Shown here one piece after another: positions 10,101 to 15,960 of a stretch of 26,227 bases of DNA (positions are counted from its first letter, which is position 1; each line of letters begins with the position of its first letter). Below the pieces are notes generated by a model. The model was not told the origin of the DNA and searched no databases. It worked only from the letters and a program-made list of their open reading frames with translations. The position numbers were made by a program, and so were the translations under genes. This DNA is from a virus (taxonomy: Duplodnaviria > Caudoviricetes). Location: the IMG/VR virus record IMGVR_UViG_3300006164_000037, positions 1 to 26,227 of that record. One strand, written 5' to 3'.

Positions 10101-10687
10101 CCTTGGAATTCAGATGGACCACTGTTAAATGTATTTGGGGTAAAACCAGTTGCATTAATGTTTGGTATTTCATCATGGATACCAAGTATTCCATATCCGT
10201 GATTTGGAGTAGCAATTCCATTATATACTGAAATACCTGCATTTATTGGGGAGGACATATTATTTGATACACTAGAACCTATTAACCCTGTATCAAATGA
10301 AGAAATAAAATTAAATGTGTTTGGAGTTTGTGTTGTTCCAGGAGGAGCAAAAGTAAAACCTGTTGTATTTGGAACAGTAAAAGCAGGAGCAAAAGTAAAA
10401 CTAGTAGCAGATATTCCTATTTTAGTAGGTGTTGATGGTAAACTAAATACTTCTATTCCAGATTTTTCTTGTACCTCTGATAAAAGTTGAGGATTTTTTA
10501 GTGCATCTATAAAACTATCTAATGGAGTTTGGTTTGATAGATTTTGTGTTATTGGGCTAGTATTGTCGTATCTTGTTCCTCCAGCTGAGAAATGGGTTGT
10601 GTCACCACGAGTCGAATACTGACTACCATTATCAGAATAATAGTCTGCAAGATTTGTTGTTTGGAATTTTTTTAATTCTTTTGACAT
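7145..10687 (-). CDS. Baseplate/tail-tube initiator-like protein with long repeat-containing N-terminal extension
   Basis: 1180 aa, immediately after the tape measure gene. C-terminal ~200 aa (LQFRAFLTDLSDTFSPQWEEVSYIGR...REASFSFNVYA...PLLKLTIGD...SPWDID) resembles tube-fold initiator proteins. Confidence 0.6.
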   Translation of the reverse strand: MSKELKKFQTTNLADYYSDNGSQYSTRGDTTHFSAGGTRYDNTSPITQNLSNQTPLDSFIDALKNPQLLSEVQEKSGIEVFSLPSTPTKIGISATSFTFAPAFTVPNTTGFTFAPPGTTQTPNTFNFISSFDTGLIGSSVSNNMSSPINAGISVYNGIATPNHGYGILGIHDEIPNINATGFTPNTFNSGPSEFQGISGVPGAMSYAHTGNYHGILSIHDQIPNINATGFTPNTVHLGSSEFTGISGGPAPGTFSYTHTGNQGLGILGIWDGTQNFDAVGFVPNKHHLSVSDFMGIGGEGHGNMQYNFIDRGGLGQIWGWTRSIYNDKIGAGVDNMSNTDAVGFIRNKAPLSNSDFAGITGAAPDMKFDFNTIVPAGSSQAWTRAIYDAKIGIPVDGFGNQKASGFTLNKSHKSVTDFKGYVSGQPYSYPTDPSPRQSYIWNDTYYNIVDATKPPTAPSAKDGIGQTFSVDHGGHVTGKKARFTSGIELVGSFKTRVEDLYKSLPLRDEAHNSGFYGKQPYVTRDIGSNWSLFSDGPGPVHGDSLIRGGIGTSLNRALHDISRIGQYMISPSGLLFIAKNIGMQLSNPKWQGATLFGTVSRTRVYPIGLSTLAQVAVNGIGIHLVRHGFGPLEGDGTHYEKTVDERGRTNYTKGTVYGPFRKKNRLYKLGKEMGVGYFDKDTLKAVKPRKKRKNIFAKFGRWAKKKLKKLLVPREKISTISGLFGPHSLYGIGRTRIYKSDSGFDRTLHTNLTGTHGDAISLTTHWGNQEGKIKSDDPNPRAENPNFIHNSYTMGEKKGDGLWYGANIKGGKDSSPDDVANDSERAGDLGSMVQPDGKMPPSMRDFLHSKDYSTGMSHRYEAISYGQIGKIQENRRGLNDFREYMFSSEKDGIDLGIANKIMQQPNKGDDGQNDDGGITKPWRGEDYHTRFGRDYGKPGKNISDRNSPTWTEDKSVFFDKHGYPEPYNSMNKTTEGITPEPFDDLILFQFKTLDDVANQLQFRAFLTDLSDTFSPQWEEVSYIGRTSPTYLFKSISREASFSFNVYAFTQAELDANYKRLNNMLQIIGPAYKSSKGLPVAPLLKLTIGDYFTDIPIAIDSFEIKVAAQSPWDIDKGRQLPYYLDVSVGCKILFAEPQIYDPQKGNFNAKSGNRVFRRDSVYFSAINKNFNRETPSPLTEA
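9430..10194 (-). repeat. About five coding repeats with consensus A.GF..N.......(S/T)(E/D)F.G
   Basis: Copies at 9986-10050 and 10130-10194 match at 62/65 nt (144-nt period). Three more degenerate copies follow (AVGFVPN, AVGFIRN, ASGFTLN). Confidence 0.85.
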
Positions 10688-10688
10688 A

Positions 10689-13600
10689 TTATGTTCTCGT
10701 TAATCCTTTTGCCATGTGTAATACTTCTCCTACTTTTCTACCATCCATTTGTATTATACCGGGCTGCTGTATTACTGCTATAAGTTCGTCTAATTTTAAT
10801 AATAGTTCTGTGTTTCCAGGTTCTTTTTTCTTTTTATCGTCACCAGTAGATTTTTCTCCATCACTTCCACCAAATGCTCCTAGAGCTCCCATCGCGCCAA
10901 CTAATCCGCCAAGTAATATTAATGTTGGCATTAATGGCATAAGAGCATATAAAGCTGGTACCATCATCAATAAACCTCCTGCAAACGCTGCGAATCCTGC
11001 GCCCATTAAGAACATACCTGCACCTGCAGCTGACATTGCAACTAGTGCAGGAGCCAGTTCAGCAAGAATTGGTGCTAATTGTCCTAATACTGGGATCATA
11101 CCTGAAACAAATGATAAAGCAAATAATCCGATAGCCAATGGAACAAGACTCATTCCAATAAGTGCCAGGCCTGGACCAATAAGGAGTAAGTTTCCTCCGG
11201 CTGCTGCTAATGCAGCTAATGGGGGAGCTAGTACAGCCATATGTTCTCCTAATACACCTAATAAAGGTATAAATGAAGCAACAAATCCTAATGCAAGTAT
11301 CCCAAAAGATAATGGTACTAATCCTAAACCTATCAATCCAAGAGCTGGGCCAATTAGTAGTAATCCTGCACCTACGCTAGCCATCATCGCTAGTCCTGGT
11401 GCTAATAAAACCATATGTTCTCCTAATACACCCAATAAAGGTATAAATGAAGAAACAAATCCTAATGCCATTAAACCAAGGGATAGGGGAAATAGTGAAA
11501 GACCAAGCATTCCTAAAGCTGGGCCAACTAATAGTAGTCCTCCTGCAACTCCTGCTAGTGCAGCTAATGGGGGAGATAATATTATCATAGCACCTGCAAA
11601 TTCAGTTATTGTAGGTATAAGTGGACCCATTACCATCATTGCAAGAATAAATGGCCAAATACCTAATCCAAGAAGTGTCATTCCTATTCCTGCCATTGCA
11701 AGTAGAGGCCCTATTAATGCGAGAGCAACTATTCCAGCCATTGTTCCCATAACATCTACACCTTTAAGCATGCCCATTGCGTAAGCAAATGGTATGATGG
11801 CTAGTCCCAATAAGGCAATTGCGGCAGCACCTGCTGCAAAAGCAACGGCTCCTACTCCAGACATCATTATGCTTCCAATAATTAGTGCAGCTGCTGAAAG
11901 TATTATTATTGCAGCTGCCATTGCTATTATTGCTCCTGCATCTACTCCAGCTAAAAGACTAAAAGCAAATGCTGCAGGTATAAGTGCTATTCCAAGTATT
12001 AAAAATGCAAGTGCTCCTTTAATAACTTCTGTGGACATTTTTCCTATTAAGGCCGCGGCTATTCCAAGTCCTACTAAGATTGCAGAACCATAAAGTACAT
12101 TAGCCCAATTTATACCATCGCCAAATTCTTGGGCTGCTTTGGCAAATATCCACATTGCAGCTGCTATTATTATCATTCCTGCGGCAGCTTTAAGCATGGA
12201 CTTTACATTGATTCCTTTTCCCATTCCTTTTCCACCACCACCTTTACTACCACCACCTTTAGCTTGTTTTTGTTTTTCTGCAGTAATAGCTTTTTCAAAA
12301 CCTAAATTTGTGACTAAGGCTGAACCCTGTGATATTAGTTGTACTAGAGCGGCTGCACCTGCAACAATAGTAGCTGCGATTTGGGCATTTTCCATAGTAA
12401 GCCATGAGTCATTTTTTTCAAGAATCTCACCAGTTTGATTATAGTGTTCTTTTTGAGCAGCTGTAAGATCATTTAATTTATAAGAATTTTGAAGCATCTT
12501 AGCTAATTCACCTCTTGTTTTACCAACAGATTGTGCATACATGTCCTGTTCTATACGAGTCATTTGAGTAAATTCTTCGTAAGTACCCAATTGCCTAACC
12601 AATTCTTTGGTCATTCCTATAAGGTCATTTGCATTAGCTAATTCTCTAGCCCTATTTAAGTTTATTCGTTTTCCAGTAATTACTTGGGCTTGCATTTCAG
12701 CTTCAATTGATGATTCTACATCAAGTAGACCATCTGCAATATCTGCTATGGCAGACATTGACATACCTAATTTTTTAGCAGCAATTGCAGTCATTGACAT
12801 TGCACCAAAACCTTTTTTACCAGCTGCTGCAAATTCACCTGCATTTTGAGCCATTTCATCAATAACTACACCAGGAGCAACATCATTAGCTTTTGCAAGA
12901 GCAACTGCAGATTCCATCATTGCGTCAGCTGTTGCTTGGCTTTTATCAGCCATTCCAAGCAGTATTTTATTTAATTTTGCTGCTTCACCAGTAGCTATAC
13001 CATACCTTTTTGACATAAAGGCAACCGAGTCAGCTGTTGCTCCAGATACTTCTTTAATACTCATACCAAGTTTAAGCATTTCATGTTGAGCAGAAGTAAC
13101 GTCTGCGGCCTCCATGCCCATAAGCTTATATTTGGTTGATGTTACAGTTGCTGATGCTTGGAGTTTAGCTGCATTTGCATATCCAATACCTGTTTCTTGT
13201 GCGAAATCTCTAGCTGCTTTACCCATTTCATATAGTTTATTTACTATAAAAGCAAATGCAGCTTGGCCATTGGTAAAAATTCCTATATATTTTTTTGCAC
13301 CTTTTGATATATCTCCAATTACCCCATCCTGTTCAGATAAAGTGTTATTTTGATCGGCCATTCTTTCTCGTACAGTTTCACCAGTTACTAGTAACCTATC
13401 AAATTCTTTATTGAGTTCTAGGGCCTTATCAACTTGCTCCGTCATAGTATCAGAAATTGCAATATGTTCTTTGGCTTGTTGTGCTAAAAGGTCGGCCATG
13501 ACAACACCAGAGACACCCTTCTCTTCCATTGCAGCAATTTCTTCTTGGTGCCTAACATTAAGATCGTCTAATAATCCTGTTTGGGATTCGAATAAGCTAT

Positions 13601-13892
13601 TTAGATTGATGGAACCGTCTTGAAGTTCCTTTAGCATAGCTGATTCTAAAGAGGCTAAGTTTGTTAGATTCTTTGCATAACCAAGTCTTCCTTGTTCAGC
13701 CTTTAATCTTGCTTGGGCGGCTAATGAGGCTGAGGCATCGAATTCAGATATTTTTTTAGAAAAGATAACATTATCTTTCTTTTCTTTTGCAATATTTTTC
13801 TCAAGGCCTGCAATTGCCTGTAGGGTTTTTAGCTCCTCTTTTTTAAGAGCAGAATACTTTTTCTGATTGTCTAATTCGTTCTTCGTAGCCAA
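10689..13892 (-). CDS. Tail tape measure protein
   Basis: 1067 aa, helical Ala-rich N-half and hydrophobic Gly/Ala/Leu repeat C-half, C-terminal IQMDGRKVG. Downstream of tube and chaperone. TTG start with AAGGGA upstream. Confidence 0.9.
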   Translation of the reverse strand: MATKNELDNQKKYSALKKEELKTLQAIAGLEKNIAKEKKDNVIFSKKISEFDASASLAAQARLKAEQGRLGYAKNLTNLASLESAMLKELQDGSINLNSLFESQTGLLDDLNVRHQEEIAAMEEKGVSGVVMADLLAQQAKEHIAISDTMTEQVDKALELNKEFDRLLVTGETVRERMADQNNTLSEQDGVIGDISKGAKKYIGIFTNGQAAFAFIVNKLYEMGKAARDFAQETGIGYANAAKLQASATVTSTKYKLMGMEAADVTSAQHEMLKLGMSIKEVSGATADSVAFMSKRYGIATGEAAKLNKILLGMADKSQATADAMMESAVALAKANDVAPGVVIDEMAQNAGEFAAAGKKGFGAMSMTAIAAKKLGMSMSAIADIADGLLDVESSIEAEMQAQVITGKRINLNRARELANANDLIGMTKELVRQLGTYEEFTQMTRIEQDMYAQSVGKTRGELAKMLQNSYKLNDLTAAQKEHYNQTGEILEKNDSWLTMENAQIAATIVAGAAALVQLISQGSALVTNLGFEKAITAEKQKQAKGGGSKGGGGKGMGKGINVKSMLKAAAGMIIIAAAMWIFAKAAQEFGDGINWANVLYGSAILVGLGIAAALIGKMSTEVIKGALAFLILGIALIPAAFAFSLLAGVDAGAIIAMAAAIIILSAAALIIGSIMMSGVGAVAFAAGAAAIALLGLAIIPFAYAMGMLKGVDVMGTMAGIVALALIGPLLAMAGIGMTLLGLGIWPFILAMMVMGPLIPTITEFAGAMIILSPPLAALAGVAGGLLLVGPALGMLGLSLFPLSLGLMALGFVSSFIPLLGVLGEHMVLLAPGLAMMASVGAGLLLIGPALGLIGLGLVPLSFGILALGFVASFIPLLGVLGEHMAVLAPPLAALAAAGGNLLLIGPGLALIGMSLVPLAIGLFALSFVSGMIPVLGQLAPILAELAPALVAMSAAGAGMFLMGAGFAAFAGGLLMMVPALYALMPLMPTLILLGGLVGAMGALGAFGGSDGEKSTGDDKKKKEPGNTELLLKLDELIAVIQQPGIIQMDGRKVGEVLHMAKGLTRT
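10950..11700 (-). repeat. 58-aa (174-nt) hydrophobic tandem repeat in tape measure protein, 3-4 copies
   Basis: LGFVSSFIPLLGVLGEHM / LGFVASFIPLLGVLGEHM / LSFVSGMIPVLGQLAPIL. DNA match between 11241 and 11415. Boundaries approximate. Confidence 0.85.
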
Positions 13893-13904
13893 TGGTTATT
13901 TCCC

Positions 13905-14174
13905 TTACGAATTTCTTATTTTTGATAATGCAGGAGAATTTTCAGGAGATAAATGACCTATTTTATCCCTTAACCTATCAAACGCCTTATTTAATTCCTT
14001 ATCTTTTGCAAGCTTTTTAAGTGCTCGCTTCTCTACAGCTACTCCCATTTTATTGGTTAGCCAGGTAATTAAATCAACAGCTACATTATCTTCTTTAAGA
14101 GTTTGTTTGATTTCCTTTCGGATTGCCTTCCTTAGAAGGTCTTCTTCGTTTTTAAGCTTATTTTCCTTTGACAT
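13905..14174 (-). CDS. Small hypothetical protein
   Basis: 89 aa, AGGAGA SD at 14181-14186, ATATTTATA motif at 14205-14213. N-terminal LLRKAIRKEIKQTLKE helix. Confidence 0.8.
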   Translation of the reverse strand: MSKENKLKNEEDLLRKAIRKEIKQTLKEDNVAVDLITWLTNKMGVAVEKRALKKLAKDKELNKAFDRLRDKIGHLSPENSPALSKIRNS

Positions 14175-14204
14175 AATTTTTCTCCTATGATAGTTTTAAT
14201 CATA

Positions 14205-14213
14205 TATAAATAT
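14205..14213 (-). promoter_or_regulatory. ATATTTATA motif (putative late promoter)
   Basis: Exact copy, 30 nt upstream of the 89-aa gene / tape measure unit. Confidence 0.7.
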
Positions 14214-14230
14214 CAAAGTATTTAGCTTTT

Positions 14231-14440
14231 TTATCTTCTGCGGGAAGGTCCTTTGTTTGATTTATCCATTTCTTCCTTTTCTTTTTTCTTCACTTCAAGT
14301 AATTTATCCCAATAAAATCTACGCAAATATACAGGTAAAGTATAAACGTCATTGTGAGTGAACCCACCTTGGCTATGGTAGCAGAGTTCAAATATCTGTT
14401 GGTGTAGAACGGGCCTATAGTTAGGCCCTAGGCCAAAAAA
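14231..14440 (-). CDS. Start-less 69-codon ORF: probable frameshift extension of the tail assembly chaperone (G/GT-like)
   Basis: Hand translation FFGLGPNYRPVLHQQIFELCYHSQGGFTHNDVYTLPVYLRRFYWDKLLEVKKKEKEEMDKSNKGPSRRR*. Frame closed upstream by TGA at 14450-14452; no ATG/GTG/TTG in the first 38 codons. Confidence 0.8.
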   Translation of the reverse strand, partial: FFGLGPNYRPVLHQQIFELCYHSQGGFTHNDVYTLPVYLRRFYWDKLLEVKKKEKEEMDKSNKGPSRRR

Positions 14441-14441
14441 A
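14411..14441 (-). promoter_or_regulatory. Putative programmed frameshift signal (U7 run + 6-nt spacer + 7-bp hairpin)
   Basis: Sense strand: CAG UUU UUU U-GGCCUA-GGGCCUA-acua-UAGGCCC. U7 at 14435-14441, stem-loop at 14411-14428. Confidence 0.75.
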
Positions 14442-15296
14442 CTGAACCGTCATGGGTAACGTTACTTCGTGTTCTTCACCCGATGCTTCACTATAAAAAG
14501 TGTATTGTAAATCTATATCTGGAGATAATTTTTGGATATAGTCTCTAAAAGCTAATGAATCTCTAGAAAGGAATTCTTTATCTACAAATTTTCTGATCTC
14601 TATAGGATCTGATTCGCCATCTACTGTTAAAATCATTTTCTTTAGTCTAGTACTTAATTCAGGAGTAACCCCAGCGAAACCACCTTTAAATTGTTTCTTT
14701 TCTCTTTTAATTTCATCTTGAATTTGTTTGTCATCACCATGAGTTAAAAGTCTAAATTCTATTGTTCTTTTAGAAGCTGGTAATTTTAGAGAAAATCTAT
14801 TTTCGTTTTTGATTTCTTCATGTAATGGCTTATATTCAAATTGGGTAAGGTCAACAACATCTGTTTGTTTTTCACCAGTATTTGGATCTGTTAATTCTAC
14901 GTCATAATCTTTTCCATAGGCCAATATTCTTGCAGCAACCATAATTGCGTTTTTATCACCAACTAATAAATCGTTATAGTTTATACCACTAACAATTAAA
15001 GATTGCAAAAGTCTATCAATAACAGTACCATTTTTTATTAAATTGGATGAGGTTAAGATATCCTCCTCTTTAGCAGTCATATACTTTATATCTACTTTAC
15101 CAGAACATAAGGGATTTCCTTCTGCATATAACTTACCTTGACTAGGTAAATCTATAGTTTCTGTTGGGTATTTGTAATCTACTTTTTGTTTAGATGGTTC
15201 TATATTTGAATCACCTAATACTTTTTGTTTTAATTCTTCGTCTGTTAACCTGTCTTCACCAGGATAATCTGTGTTTACTACTTTTGAATTTGCCAT
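14421..15296 (-). CDS. Tail/baseplate assembly chaperone (T4 gp26-like)
   Basis: LPSQGKLY, KYMTAKEEDIL, LLVGDKNAIMVAARILAYG and C-terminal FFWP. Between tail tube and tape measure genes. GGAGA SD at 15304-15308. Confidence 0.8.
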   Translation of the reverse strand: MANSKVVNTDYPGEDRLTDEELKQKVLGDSNIEPSKQKVDYKYPTETIDLPSQGKLYAEGNPLCSGKVDIKYMTAKEEDILTSSNLIKNGTVIDRLLQSLIVSGINYNDLLVGDKNAIMVAARILAYGKDYDVELTDPNTGEKQTDVVDLTQFEYKPLHEEIKNENRFSLKLPASKRTIEFRLLTHGDDKQIQDEIKREKKQFKGGFAGVTPELSTRLKKMILTVDGESDPIEIRKFVDKEFLSRDSLAFRDYIQKLSPDIDLQYTFYSEASGEEHEVTLPMTVQFFWPRA

Positions 15297-15337
15297 AACA
15301 TTGTCTCCATTTATGTTTTAATAATTTGTATAACATA

Positions 15338-15346
15338 TATAAATAT
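15338..15346 (-). promoter_or_regulatory. ATATTTATA motif (putative late promoter)
   Basis: Exact copy between tube terminator and chaperone start. Confidence 0.75.
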
Positions 15347-15367
15347 ATTTATCCGATAAAAATGTGT

Positions 15368-15404
15368 AAAAAAAAGACCTTAACATTTAGTAAGGTCTCT
15401 TTTT
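15368..15404 (-). terminator. Intrinsic terminator after tail tube gene
   Basis: Sense AGACCUUA-cuaaaugu-UAAGGUCU followed by a U-run; A-run on the other side, so possibly bidirectional. Confidence 0.85.
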
Positions 15405-15424
15405 ATATAAAATACTATATAATA

Positions 15425-15916
15425 TTAGTATTGTAAAATCCAGTAATCACATTGTATTTCAACAGTAATTTCATTAACAGCTGCTGTTTGCGTCCAATCA
15501 ATTGCTCCGAAATCAGCTGATAAAACTAATGCACCTTTACCAGTCCATTCTTCTACTTTATCACCTACAGGTCCAAGCACATTAATTGTTATGTCTTTCT
15601 TATAAAAGTCTGCATAACCATCTCTACCTGTTACTGATTCGTGGTGTAAACGTACCCATTCCATAACGGATTGAGCTCCTGATGGTACAATCGGGTCATA
15701 CATTGTTATACTGATTGGATCCCATGTTGTTTTACCTTTCACGTATCTTGAAACATTTATGTGTTGCAATTCTACAGATTCTGTTGTTACCTTTGGTCTA
15801 GCTGCTGTCTTTATAAGATAGGCAGGTATACCGTCTATATAGAATATAAATCTATTTTGTTGTTTTGGCTCAAAGGCCGTGAACATTATTTCACTTGGGT
15901 CTACTAGATTTGCCAT
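15425..15916 (-). CDS. Tail tube protein (T4 gp19-like)
   Basis: 163 aa directly after sheath; FEPKQQNRF, KGKTTWDPISITMYD, YKKDITINVLGPVGDKVEEW. AGGAGA SD at 15925-15930. Confidence 0.9.
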   Translation of the reverse strand: MANLVDPSEIMFTAFEPKQQNRFIFYIDGIPAYLIKTAARPKVTTESVELQHINVSRYVKGKTTWDPISITMYDPIVPSGAQSVMEWVRLHHESVTGRDGYADFYKKDITINVLGPVGDKVEEWTGKGALVLSADFGAIDWTQTAAVNEITVEIQCDYWILQY

Positions 15917-15936
15917 GTTGTTTTTCTCCTGTTATA

Positions 15937-15945
15937 TATAAATAT
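15937..15945 (-). promoter_or_regulatory. ATATTTATA motif (putative late promoter)
   Basis: Exact copy, 20 nt upstream of tube gene. Confidence 0.7.
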
Positions 15946-15960
15946 CATCTTATCTACTTT

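Noticed and set aside
10573-11784. 403-aa plus-strand ORF
   Set aside because: Antisense shadow of the hydrophobic tape measure repeats; low-complexity P/N/I/A translation, no SD.
14426-14442. Classical -1 frameshift at G UUU UUU
   Set aside because: The -1 frame reaches UAG within three codons; the long ORF is in the +1/-2 frame.
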